A stretch of 63,997 nt of DNA, the filler included, from Ionaspis alba (taxonomy: Eukaryota), in the NCBI GenBank assembly GCA_964255285.1. It is 4 parts of 4 records of this genome, joined end to end, with 100 filler letters (N's around TTAATTAATTAA, not from the genome) between each part and the next. Parts side by side here need not be neighbours in the genome. Positions count along the whole stretch, not along the records: positions 1 to 16,959 come from CAXUUL010000330.1; 3 more parts are not named here. One strand, given 5' to 3'. The notes beneath the pieces were generated by a model. It saw only the letters and a list, made by a program, of their open reading frames with translations, did not search any database and was not told where the DNA came from. A program made the translations under genes and the position numbers. Below are positions 1 to 12,776 of this stretch, one piece after another. How positions within the stretch are numbered: position 1 is the stretch's first letter; each line of letters opens with the position of its first letter.

Positions 1-4
1 ACTT

Positions 5-1961
5 CTACTTCCTGACCCTCCTCGCATGCCTTACCAAATTCTCAATCACCCCTTCAAACGCCTCCTTCTCCTTAACCGCCTCCTCCTTCCTCCTCAACCA
101 ATAAAGCAGCACCTCCCTCCCCCTCTCAGTCACACTTTCCAGCGTCCTGACCCTCTCTTGCAATTCCCCATCCCCCAAATCCTCCACCTCTTCCCCGGTA
201 GCCTGACACAGCTTCCTCACAGCATCCTCATCCCACTCAGGCGGCGGTGCTGGACCCTTCCTCTTTTTCGACGACTTGCCCCCGCCGTGATGCGGCGTAG
301 ACGTACTACCGGCAGAGTCGACCGACGTAGTAGAAGCATTGGCGCCTACTTCTTTTAATCGTGAGACGGAGCTCTTAGGCGCGCCGGTACTGGACGCGGG
401 TGCTGTGGGCGTGTAAGGGAGGATTAGCTTCTTCTGTTTTGTGGGCGGCAGGATCTCGTCGAGATCGACGGGAACGCCGAGGGAGACGAGGAAAAGTCGG
501 CGCGTGCGGGAGCGGGTCCAATTTGGAGGGGAGAGAGGCGGCGGTGCGACGAGTTGCGTATAAAGGGAGGCGGAGCGTGGAGTTTGGAAGGGAGTCGAAG
601 GTGCTGGTGTCGTGGTTTTAGAAGGAGTGGGGAGGGAGGTAGTGCGGGGAAAGAGGGCGTCGAGGTGGGGAGTTGTGGCTGTTATTATATCGTCTAAAGT
701 TTTGAGTTTTGAGAAGTCGACGAGAGGCTGGTGGGGAGTTAGGTGTCAGCGTGGTTCAGATTGCACGAGTGGTTTGTGATGAATAGATCTGATTGCTATG
801 GGTTCTACTCACTAAAGGTGTAATGGGAACTGGTAGTGACTGTGGTGGGGGTTCGGGAACGCTGGCTTCCTCGGGCTCTTGAAAGCCGTCGTCGAAATCA
901 CCAAAGTCATCATCAGCTGCTTCTCCTCCTTCCTCAAAATCGTCAAAGTCGTCGCCGACTTCCCCACCACCTTGATCTTCAGCGCTGCCGTCTTGAATTT
1001 CGTGCTCCCGTACAGCACTTTTCTCCTCACGGTGTATATATGCCCTTCGCTCCTCCTCTTCCTCCTCCTCATCTTCATCTTCATCGTAGTCCATTGGTCC
1101 AAATCCACCATCTGCAGCAATTGGCGAAGTACCCTCGCTGGGCAATCTTGGAGCTAATCGATGGGAATACAAGGATCTAGTTTCAGAAGACGTTGGCCAA
1201 CCTGACTCGGTCAATCGCTCGCTGGACGGTTTCCAGCACTGGGATCAAGCTTACTGGGTTGGTCATCCTCTTCTTCGACAACATCGGGCTGCGCATCCTG
1301 CCGTCGCATCTGATAGGCATCTGTGCCTTTCACCTCGCCGTGACTCGGCGTGTGATCAATCTTCGTAACAACAGTTTTCGGTACAGGAATGTTATTGGAG
1401 AGATGTCCAGCTATATCACTCGACGAGGTCCCGTCAAGTGGAGGAGCCTTGAGTATCTCGTCTGGCTCCGCATCGGCTTCGCGTATCGAGTATGCAATAG
1501 TCCCTGGCACTTCACCATAGCTAGGCTCCAAGGGGTCGACTTTCTCAATGACAGTTTTTGGTACCGGAATTCCTCCAGGTCCCGAGCGACCGTCTCTTGA
1601 ACTTGCCCTCGAAGAGGATCTACTAGTCTCTCCATCTGCTATTACTTCCACCTCATCAGGTACTGCATCTTGTGTTCTCAGATCATAGGCAGCCGTTCCT
1701 GGAATCTGCCCATGGCTTGGGACGTCATCAACTTTCTCGACTCGTGTGGTTGGTGTTGGGATCCTTGGGGGCTGTTGTCCATCTTGTGCGTCAGAAAAGA
1801 CGTCTTCTTCGTCGTTCGAAGATTCTATTCACTCATTAGCAGTACTCCAATTGTGGAATGTGTGCAGCCTTACCCAAGTCGTGTGCACCTCGATCCTCAA
1901 GCTCTACGCTTTTCCGAGGGGGAAAGAGTGTAGGACTCTTGGGAGGCTGGCTATCTGCCAT
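5..1961 (-). CDS. LAA2/DUF5102-like conserved fungal protein, probable AP-1 adaptor accessory factor (4 exons)
   Basis: Spliced ORF starts MADSQPPKSPTLFPPRKSVELED at ATG 1961, with GT-AG introns at ~1874-1825, ~1253-1201 and ~812-729. It carries three ~38-aa internal repeats, acidic DDFDDF/DDDFGDF motifs and the C-terminus WLRRKEEAVKEKEAFEGVIENLVRHARRVRK*. Confidence 0.7.
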
Positions 1962-2656
1962 TTCTCAACTGTCCAGGAGGTTTGCTCTTAATTGCCGCTA
2001 TTTGAGGTAGAAGATTTAACAGTGGCAATGTCCATCGAATGCAAATGCGATTGCTGGAAATGATTGGTGGATGAGAGACTTCACAAAAAGGCTTGGCAGT
2101 TGCCTTCACATAATTCAAGCACGCTTTTATGCAGGAACTCCGTTTCCGCGTTTCCACAAAGTGTCCGATCAGTTCATGTATCTTGTTTGTAGAGCACATC
2201 AACTCATGAGCTTCGGAGACTAAATTGCAAGAGCGTGCTGTGTTTTTCTGAACGATGAGAAGTCCACTGGAAGGCGTCCTCAGCACTTGCCAATAAGGAG
2301 AAGCGTCTCCCGGCATATTCGTTGGAATGTGTATTACACAATATGGATTGAAAAATTATCCTACAAAGCTGTCGTTGCAATGGTATCTCTCTCGTTCACA
2401 TTTATTTGTCCTCTTCGCATCGCCTGTAGCTATTCATCTACGCGCAAAATCGAAATTATCTGAATCATGCACACGTGAAGAAATGGTCGATCCTGTATCC
2501 CAGTCATGGAAATGGGCAATGTGTCATATCTCGACAGCACAAGAGGTATATACAACCGTTTGAGGTCCTGTTATGTCTTCTCAAGCAGAATCACCTTTGC
2601 TACCTGGAATAGCCGAGACAGTACGATACCATCCGTGATACAACGGGATCGGAGCT

Positions 2657-3786
2657 ATGAGCACTCAATCTTCCTTAATGGACCCATCAGAGTCCTCCTC
2701 CGAAGCAATATTCGATGAAGATGGATTTCTCATTCATGAACAAGAGCCGTGGTTCAGCGGGCAGGAAGCCAGGGATCTTGCTACACCTATGCAACCCGAG
2801 CCAAATCCATTGGAAGGTCGGTCGCTTTGAGCTCACTGTCATATTGGACCATTGGCTGACACTAACCGTGAGAGACAGGTGAGAGCACAGCACTTCCTCC
2901 CATAAGACCAGGAATACAGACAACGGGACGAAGGCCCATAACTACAGAAGGTTCGATACGATCGCTTAGCTGCCACGACACCGACTGACATGTGGAAGTC
3001 AACGATTTTCCCCACCGTTACCCTCGCATTGCAGCCTTTGTTGAGAGTAATCCAACGCATGCCCAGTATCGTCAATTTCGATATCTGCGACACAGATGCA
3101 TGATGCATACGCAAGACGAGCTTTCGGATTTGGAAAGGCGTATGCATGAGCTTGATGCCAAGGACGAGGAACGGAACAAAGAAGATCTCCATTCGCGGAC
3201 TCGTGATGGCAAACAAAGAATGCCGGAGCGGAAATTTCTTCTAATGGATATTCGCACCAAACTTGACCAACAAGGCATGTCTAATCATTCAGTTCTTTGT
3301 TATGCCTCGACAAATGCTGAATGCAAGTAACAGACAGAATGATGTCCCAGATTCGGGATCTCATGCAGCTTGAAAAGCCCCACTGTCGCCATAGAAGGAG
3401 CTTCATCGACTTTATGGGGAACCAGCAAGCCTTGGTTGGAGAAGACATGGCCAGAATAGACAAGGTATTTCGTATCGTGGTAACGATAGCTCTGACTCTT
3501 CTGTTGATGGGACCCGTAATCTTCTTCAACACTCTTCTTGCCCTCGGTCTCAAGGAAGATGTTATCGTTCTCCTATCGACTCTAGCATTTGCAGCTGGTC
3601 TCGCTGGTCTCACATCGTCAACGAGACATGAGATATTCATAGGTACTGCTACGTGAGTCATACCTCGCTCTTCTTCCTCTTCGAATACAACCTAATCAAT
3701 CGCTTGCCAGCTACTGCCTCTTGATGATGATATTCCTCAGCAATTCATCGGTTGGCTTGGACCCGCAAGGCAGCGTTGCGCATTAA
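2657..3786 (+). CDS. DUF6594-like membrane protein, copy A (5 exons, internally shortened)
   Basis: Spliced ORF MSTQSSLMDP...VNDFPHRYPRIAAFVESNPTHAQYRQFRYLRHRCMMHTQDELSDLE, then three hydrophobic helices ending EIFIGTATYCLLMMIFLSN...AH*. It includes a GC-AG intron at 3275-3333. The 5' exons are less certain. Confidence 0.75.
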
Positions 3787-6526
3787 AATTCTCCGTCATC
3801 TTGACTCAGTAGCTTAAAGCAATCCCACCTAAATCTNNNNNNNNNNNNNNNNNNNNNNNNNNNNNNNNNNNNNNNNNNNNNNNNNNNNNNNNNNNNNNNN
3901 NNNNNNNNNNNNNNNNNNNNNNNNNNNNNNNNNNNNGTGAAGCTTTTCCGCGCAACTTCTTCGGGCCCCTTCAATGAAGTCTGGACATCACCTTGAAAGA
4001 ATTTTTGCTCCACGAAGGCTTTTTATGAGCCTAGTGCGCAGTTGACAAGGCGAATGAGAATATGTTGATTGCGGGGTCACATAATCTCAACAGAGCCGTC
4101 CCCTGAGTCGAAAAGATGGTGTCAAAGAGACCCCTCCTCGCGATTGTCCTCTGGCTGCCAACAATTTTGGCATTGGGGTACCGGCCAATCAGTTGCCAAG
4201 AAGTTAAGGTCCTTATCTGTTCTGTATGCACACCATTTCCACGACGAGTTCATGCCCGTTGACATCATCGCCATGCTTTCACTGCAAGGCTGTCGAAGCG
4301 GCCTGGCAGCGCTGGGTAGTTGACTCATAATATCAGAGCGGTATCCTCCTACATTCTTGTTTAGGCAGCGATGCATCTTTGGAAATGTATGGGTGATGAA
4401 ATATCTGGTTGGTTGGGCTTTACCAATCAGGAGTGTATGGCTTTCCAACGACGAACGACTGCAACCCAGCGATTTTGCCGAACTGTCGGAAGAAAGGGTC
4501 AGTGTACTGTCCCGCGCCGCGTGACAACCCTGATACACTACAAGTGCGGCTCAAGTAAGGCGTTCGCCTGGTCAGGCGATGACCTAGCATTAGGTCGGGA
4601 CGGGTCAGCAGTGCGAGAATCTCAAATTCGACCGGGATGGCCAACCAAGGATATGAATGAGAAAGGTTTCAAGGAAGACTGATGGGTTACCAGCTGTATA
4701 TTTCTCATATCTCATGCATTCTTCGTGCCAAGAACGAGATCGGTAACATTGTATGTACCCTGCTTTCGCGAGCCCCATAATCCTACTGAATGTTGACGTG
4801 AAGCTAGTCTTGATTACTTTTGTTGTCGGCGCTCAGCAGTCCTGGCTTCAAGGGCCCCAGTTCCCTGGATCTCTAGATCTTTGTCAATCGGCAGTTCACC
4901 TCTATCAAGATTCTCGGCGGCCAAAGGAATTGAGAATATCAATCTGTAGAATTGTGGAGGTTGGACTTTCGAAGAACTTCAGCTTGGGTACTGATGAATA
5001 GCCTAGAGCCGTGTGGAGAACAATTTATTTGTCCTCAATGTTCTTAAACCCTGTTGCAGGAGATCCCTTCAGCTTAATTCTAACTCGCAAATCCAGATTT
5101 GCCTTGTTATTCGTGCCGCACCATACATGCCATATTGCAAGGGCTGTGTTCATCATCATCTAAATTCGGATACGGAGAGAGTGCATATAACACCCTCGCG
5201 ACGCGCAAAGCAAGGTAACACAAGGATTGACCAAGAGCCGACGTGGCACCTGCGAATGCGAGTTGGATTTTATGTACATGTGTATACCACCACCGGTGCG
5301 GCTCAATCCCATTTCTGGTTCTAGTAGGATGGTGGGGACTAGATAAGGATGGCCAGAGGACGTCAAGGAAAGAGACTAATCTCGAACTTCAGTCCATTCC
5401 CAAGATTTCAATCAGACCTCTGTGAAGTTTTTCTTTGGATGATGTGTGTGGATCACGACCATATCAGAAATTGCAATGGTTTATGCACGTAGCAGTCGGC
5501 AGGTATGCTTGCACGGATCCCAAGGATTACAATTATCGTTTCTTAATGCGAATAAAGGAACCCGATCTTACATCTCACGATTCGCGAAGCATTCGAAGCG
5601 CTGCCAATGCACAAAACGCGGGCAAACTTGGAAGAAAGAAGGGACAGAAACCAGAGAAGGTAGGGGCACGGTAGAGGGAGTGACAGTGACTATGTTGACT
5701 GCGCACAAAGCCGATACCCGACGCGGTCTATGCAAAAGGGGAAGCAGTTCGCGTCGTGGATGAGAGAAATTCGGCTGGTAATCTCGTCTCTAATACATAC
5801 TACATCTGTTGCAAGCAATGGGATTCAGCTGTGAAGGAGTGGAAGTACAGGCTCAAGACTTCGGAACAAGCAAAAGTTGGAGAAAAGTGGTATTGGGAAT
5901 CAATTCTATTTGCGCGACCTAATTAGTCGTAGGAGTTGGCGGGCTGCTGGGGTCAATTGGAGTTGCTGTCTATATTTCTAGTTTGGATACAGTCAGATAC
6001 AACAACATAAGATACTGGTTCCTTCCTCGCTAGAGCCCAAAAGCTTCGAAGTGATCGGCGTTCACCGCGATCGAAGATCCTAACGCACGCAGCGAGTGTC
6101 TATCGCATGAAGCGGTATGTTGCGGGCGAAGGCTCAAGTTTGCCTGATTCAGGCAAGCCATACGATCCGCATTTGTTCGCGGGGGTCAAGATAAGCTCGA
6201 AACCCTGGGATAAATCCAGGATCTGATTGGACGGCTCTAAAGTAATTGTCATTGAATTCCGAACCTCAGCTTGCTTCCGTTTGTGTGTAACCACACCTCA
6301 AATTCCTGGCACTCCACGTCTTACCTGCCACCGCAGAAGGCCTAAACATACATTTGAGTACTTGGGGTTTTGAATCGGCAAGGAGCTATGTTGGGATCGT
6401 CAGCCTCGTCTGCCCTATCTCCCAAAAGGAGACAGGAAGATGAGGCTTTTTCCTTCTCTCCCGACATTACAACATTGTTCGAGGGATTTTTTAGAATGAT
6501 GTGGTCTCGGACAGACATTTCACATT

Positions 6527-7850
6527 ATGCCAGATTTCTCAAAGATCAATGAACAGGTGGCATCATCTTCGGAGCCGCAACTTGAACCGAAGTACAGCCC
6601 TGCTTCACTCCAAGGACAGAACGCTAGGTCCGCATCATGCCTTGGATTCCATGAGCAGTCAGATCATATTAGTGATGCTGAGAGTAGGGATCAGTGCATA
6701 AATTGGGAGATATTTATTGATTTCAACTACAGATGCACAGTCTCCAAGATTCCGTGAGCGCATCAAGCTTGCACTCCACCTCACTAAAGAAACAGACGAT
6801 TTCGACTTAGAGCAAAAGATTCGCTCGGGTAAAATGGCTCTAATTTAATGCTATATATGTTACTGATGAATGGCGGCAAGTTGATGAGTTTCCGGAAGGA
6901 TATAGCAAGGTAGCTGCCTTCGAGGACTGCGATCCCAATTTCCTTATTTTTCGGAAATTTGGATACCTTCACAACCGTGTATTACTCTATCATCAGGACG
7001 AGTTAGTGGCTCTTGAAGAACGATTAGATCGGCTCGATGCTTTCGACTATGGGAGCGATTTTATGAAGCTGAAGTCTCGTCGAAGGGACTATGGAATGGG
7101 TACAGACCGGTCAGATATGATCAAGAGTATTGAGCAGAAACTGGCGGTATATGGCATGCTTCTCTCTCGTTGCTATTGTCGGGATCATGCTAATCGAGCC
7201 TGTAGACGAGTTTCTCCTTCGTCTTCAACAAATTCATGCTATCAAAAAGCCTACCCTGCGAAATCAGACTAGCCTTTTCAACTTGATCCAAAACACAAAA
7301 TCGTTGGTAGGGTCTGAGAGTCAATGGATCCGCCGTGCAGACGATCTCGTTGCACTGGCACACGATCAAGAGCGCGGGTGGTTCAATGGGTTTGTCGAAG
7401 ACATAATGATAAAGATCTCAAGGAAAGCCACGACGGTACGTGTCTTCTCTGTGCGCGTAATTATGACCCTATCTCATTCTTCATACTCGCTTTAAGTTCA
7501 TTTTCCGCACCAAAACACAACGCATACAGTCCGGCGGCGAGGTCCTCCTCAATCTGCTCTCCCGAGAACGGTTTGATGCCTTTATCAATATCCTCATCAC
7601 AATTATTGCGACTGCTATGCTATTGATACCAGTCTTCATCCTCTATGCAGTTCAGACTAGTGGGATCCATCAAATACTGGTAATCTTTGCATTTACCTTG
7701 ACATTCGCTGGATGCTGCGCTGTTTTCACGAAGGCGAAAAAGCAAGAGATCTTTGCTGCAACGGCTGCTTATTGTGCCGTACTGGTTGTTTTCCTCAGCA
7801 ACAATCAGAGTTACCAGGCTAGCATCAAGCAGTCGAAAGTGCCGACCTGA
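6527..7850 (+). CDS. DUF6594-like membrane protein, copy B (5 exons)
   Basis: VDEFPEGYSKVAAFEDCDPNFLIFRKFGYLHNRVLLYHQDELVALEERL...DDLVAL...EIFAATAAYCAVLVVFLSN is the typical pattern of this fungal family. Introns at ~6692, ~6829, 7154-7205 (GC-AG) and ~7436. Confidence 0.82.
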
Positions 7851-9501
7851 ATTCCTCTATTCCTCTCTGTATCGTTCGAGTTGGAGTTTGCTGGATTTTG
7901 GTGAGCAAAAGAGCAGCTCTGTATCATTACGGTTTTGGGGAGTTTTATTGGCGCAAATTGGAAACAAGCGCAGGGTCCCAATCATTAGTGGAAGCAAGAG
8001 TATCCTTGTAATCCCTAAAGACTGGTGCAAGGATCATGATCGGTGGAGATCGTTGGAGTTGATATCAGGCTTGCTAGCATTCTGGGCTCTTTCTTTGTTA
8101 TTGGATATTGAAATTGTATCTGACTAGAGCGAGCCATACCATAGAGGATTGAAGGGAAGGATATGCAAAGGATAAGGTATCTTTACATCGGTACATGATG
8201 CAACTAGCCTGCCAGGGAGTCCTTATGACGTGGTCCACAGTATTGATGCCTCTCTTTACTCGATCACTAGATACATATCTTCGCAAATTCAAGCAATCTA
8301 CAAATATACGTAACAGAGTGCAAGATGACACAATAACCCTACGTGTATTCAAATGGCACTATAATAAGTCTCTTCGTCGAGAATCGCACACAAGGTAGCT
8401 ATACAGGATAGCATCCGAACAGTTCCTATACTGTACACACTGCCGACACGGAAGCCGGTAATCTAGATCTGCACTCGTTGCAAGCATACCCCACCACCCG
8501 AGCTTCCCACCAGTTTTAGGGGTCATGGAGCTTCAAAGATCTTGTCCCCGTTAGGAAGGTTTTGTGGTTTCCTGGTGCGCATCACCAATCAGTTGAAGCG
8601 CCGAATTGATAGATGTAGGTGCCCCACCTACAGCTCCGCGCGGATGGACAGATGTCGTTGCCCAACATTACTAGCATAGTCCAACGGAAGCAAGAGCCTT
8701 TTTTTAGGGGGCTATCACCTACTTCGCTACCCCTGTTGCGCTCAGCCTGAGGTCCTGGGGGGGCCATTCCTGCGCATTATGCGAATCATATTCGACAGTG
8801 ATTGCTGTCCTTGCGCCTTGCACTCAATTATGGGTGTGCCTGCCATGGTACCCTGGACGGTGCAAACAAAAATTCATGGCACCTTGGGGTTTGATTACTG
8901 TATAAAGACTTGGGCTAAAGTCAGAGGGAGTCCACGTCCAATCATGAAAGTATTTCAGTGTGTCATATCCGTAATAATTTGCTCTACTACACCTGTCCAG
9001 CTGTAGTTACGAAAATCGACGGTGGTCACCCAGGCGTGTACCAGTAAATCGTTGTCGAAGCACAAGAAGTAGCACATTTCTTGCTGAGATGAGCGTTGTA
9101 AGGGGCCGATCCCTTGTTTTGCACCCCGGTTGCACCTGACTAACGCCGTTAGCGATTGTGCTAATTAAGGTATGCTTTTGCAACGATTTATTGGCCTCAG
9201 AGGCAGTTGTTGCAGGGCTGGACATGTATTAGCGAAAATCGAAAGTCGCGTACTTTGATCATACTGAGAGGTGCTCGCGTTCGTGAAATGAGAAACCTCT
9301 CGATGTCATTGCGCATTCACATCCTTACCATTGGACATATCGCAGCAGTGACTTCTAGCTTCTCGCTGTGCCAGCGGCCTATATTTGAAGGCTGCGTTAA
9401 TCCTTGTACCCCTTCTTTTCAATCTCTCTACCTGGAACTTCACGATCCTGTTCTAAACACGCAACTTAATTCTTAGCAACTTCAATTCCTCGTTCGCCAT
9501 A

Positions 9502-11722
9502 ATGTCTAATCCGCCGAAATCCAGCTCTACCTTTTCTTTCGGAACTCCAGCCACAAGCAGTGGTGGCCCAAGTCTCTTCGGTTCAACGACTTCTACCAAC
9601 AATCCATCAAGCGGTCTATTTGGGTCAAGTGCCCCGAATACTGCAGCATCAGGCACGTCCATCTTCGGAACAGCTGGCACTGCACCTACAACTTCCTCAT
9701 CATCTTCTCTATTCGGTGGGGCAACCACAACCTCTGCACCCTCGCAACAACCCTTGTTCGGAGGAGGAGCTGGCACGGGACAGGCTGGCTCAATATTTGG
9801 AGGGCAAGCATCTACTGGAAACAGTGGGGGACCAAAGCCTGCGGGTGGAGCCTGGTCAGGGTTTTCTACACCCAAAAGCAAACCCTCAGATACTCCTAGC
9901 ACAGGAGCTCCTGCGAATACGAGTCTCTTCGGAGCTGCGCAGTCGTCTGGGACTGGTAACATATTTGGTAATCAAGGATCAAGCTCTGCTCCAGCTGGGA
10001 GTACGACACCTGCACCGAGCAAGCCAGCTGGAGGCTTCTCTTTCAGTGGCGTATCAACCACTCCAGCAGGGCCACCTCCATCTGGCAATGCAGCTGGACC
10101 CGGTAGCAGCTCAGTATTTTCATTGAACAAGCCCGTAGAGGAGAAGTCGTCCATATTTGGTGCATCAACACAACCTCAAAGCTCGACCCAGACTTCAGCC
10201 TCGACGGTAGCTCCATCAAATCTCTTCGCCACGGCTGCCAGCGCTGGCACTAGCAATATCTTCGGACAACCAAAGGCAGCTGACACGTCTAATCCGAGCT
10301 CAAGTGCGCCCTCTTCGAACCCTTTTGGGGGTGCTTCAGCTGCATCAGGTACAAGTTTGTTCGGTAATAAGCAGGATAACACCTCACAACCGAAAGCTTC
10401 GTTCTTTGGTGGTTCAAATGTGAACTCGGGAGCTTCAGGAGGTCAGCCATCACAGAGCGGGGCGCTAAATTCGACAACACTTTTTCCAAAGCTCGGCGAA
10501 CAAAAGCCGGCAGCTTCTGCAACGAGCCAAGCCCCAAGCACGGGCTTGTTTACGAACACGCAGGTACCCAAAGAAGCACCAACTACAACAGCGCCAACGT
10601 TCAGCTTCCCGATGGCCAGCACCTCGCAACCCTCAGCCTCTGTGGCTCCAGCTCCAACGGCTCCGGCCTCCACGGCACCGGCTCCACCAGCTACAGCCTC
10701 CGCTCCACCAGCAGCTCCAGCTTCAAGTGCACCTACTGCGACGAACCCATTTGGCAACCTTGGCGGCCAGACCGTGACCTCGCCAACAGCCACGGGACAA
10801 GCCTCAGGCCCTGCTGCCTCTTCGGCTTCGACGACTTCGGCAGCCCCACGAGCAACTGGCGACGCTGCTCCTTCAGTAGCTCCGACGGGTACTACCGCTG
10901 TTGGGGATACTGGAGCATCGACTCTCGGAGCGTCAACGTCAGGACCACGACCACCCCCGCAGTCCAGGCTCAAAAATAAAACCATGGATGAGATCATCAC
11001 ACGCTGGGCAGCAGATCTTTCGAAATATCAGAAACAGTTCCAGCAGGATGCTGTCAAGATCGCTGAATGGGATAGAATGCTTGTTGAGAACAGCGAGAAG
11101 ATCCAGAAGCTCTACGGCAGTACTCTCGAGGCTGAAAGAGCGACGGTAGAAGTCGAGCGACAGCTGTCTGCGGTTGAGAATAGCCAGCAAGAGCTTGAAG
11201 GATGGCTGGACAATTATGAGGGACAGGTTGATGACATGATGGCAAATTTGGGACAGGGGGATGCGCTACAAGGTCCGGATCAGGAGCGGGAGCGGACGCA
11301 AGTGATAATCTTTCTTCGTCGATACAGCTTACACTAATACCACTCTACAGATACAATCTTGCAGAACGGCTTTCTGAGCGACTGGATGAAATGGGGAAGG
11401 ATCTTACGAGCATGATCGAGGAGATCAACGATGCTTCGTCGGTTTTGAGCAAGAATAATAAGACAGATGATCCCGTAAGCAGTTGATCTGTTTGTGTTCT
11501 GCTGTCTATGCTAATCTGTGGTTTCAGCTCTCTCAGATCGTCCGCGTTCTCAATGGCCATCTATCCCAGCTGCAGCAGATCGACCAAGGTGCAGCGGCGT
11601 TGCAAGCGAAGGTTTCGGCCGCACAGAAAGCTAGCAGGAGTATGGGAGCTACGAATGGGATGAATGGACTTGGAAGTGATGCTGCGGATGACTTTTATCG
11701 GTCGTACATGGGGAGGAGATGA
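9502..11722 (+). CDS. NSP1: FG-repeat nucleoporin Nsp1/Nup62
   Basis: Many SLFG/IFG/FSF repeats, then the coiled-coil domain LKNKTMDEIITRWAADL...WDRMLVEN...IVRVLNGHLSQLQQID. Introns 11298-11350 (GC-AG) and 11475-11527. Confidence 0.95.
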
Positions 11723-12078
11723 TGGTTTAGACTGATCTCCTGATGAAGCGATTTGAATACCATAGACACGGTGCTGTGGTTGTACATCACAGTTGAGCAT
11801 GTAGGGCGTTCTGAAATGGTGATGCTTGGCACTAGCCTTTCAAAATCGTGTTCGATATGTTAATGTGCAGGAGTGAGAAGAGTGTCAACAAGCGCTGCAC
11901 TTGGTGCTTGTCCCATTGTGCAGAACGAGGCAGATACGTAAATCCAAAAGCCAAGCGTTCGGACCGTGTCTGACAGTATGCAATGAATAGCGTAGTTTCA
12001 ACCTCTCTGTTCTTAAAGATATACACAAAATCCCCGCTTTCTCACTTCCGCGTTCAATCACCTCAGCCTCGGCTGCGT

Positions 12079-12776
12079 CTAGTTCTTCTCTCCTCCAGAC
12101 TCTCTCGCTATCTCATCGCTGNNNNNNNNNNNNNNNNNNNNNNNNNNNNNNNNNNNNNNNNNNNNNNNNNNNNNNNNNNNNNNNNNNNNNNNNNNNNNNN
12201 NNNNNNNNNNNNNNNNNNNNNAGTGAGGTGCTTCTTTTGCTCCGCCAACTTCGCTTTCAGTGCCGCAAGCCTATTGGCAAATTGTCAGCTTACAATCCTG
12301 TAGGACATGTTACTCTCTGGGTAATCAGGCTCTAGCTGTGAAGCCCAGAACAGCGCCTGCATTGTGGAGCGCCGGAAGGTGTGGATATGGTAGAAGATTT
12401 TGAGAGAAGACGGAAGAGACTCTCTAGGGAGCAAAGAAGTCATTCCATCATATGGACCCTGGTATACGGGATTTATCGGATATGGGCATTCGTACTTCTC
12501 CTTCTCCTTCTGCTTGACGTAGTAATCCTCGTTCGCCTTTTCACGCTTGTTGAATGCATCTCTGCCAGCACGAAACACATCAGCTCCCTGCAAATAGACG
12601 ATCATATCCCCAACTTCGGGCGTGAGTGCTCACTGGGATGCGGATCCCCCGGAGCGGATTCCGCCAACGTCTCCTTCTGCCATGACAGTTGTGCTGATTG
12701 AAAAGGCACGGGTTGTTATAGGTACGGTGGTGCGAAGAGCGGGCTTAGATAGAGCGAGTAGCGTGGGACGGATCAT
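12079..12776 (-). CDS. INH1: Mitochondrial F1F0-ATPase inhibitor (IF1/IATP family), interrupted by an assembly gap
   Basis: Arg/Thr-rich presequence MIRPTLLALSKPALRTT...RAFS, then EGDVGGIRSGG..DAFNKREKANEDYYVKQKEKEKLAALKAKLAEQKKHL, and after the gap a last exon DEIARESGGEKN*. Confidence 0.9.

Noticed and set aside
3937..6300. Short ORFs between the two DUF6594 genes
   Set aside because: No recognisable motif or consistent splice chain. A degenerate gene cannot be excluded but is unsupported.
9453..11000. Long antisense ORFs over NSP1 (similar ones over SIP5, PEX6, RICTOR)
   Set aside because: Shadows of low-complexity or biased codon usage on the coding strand.
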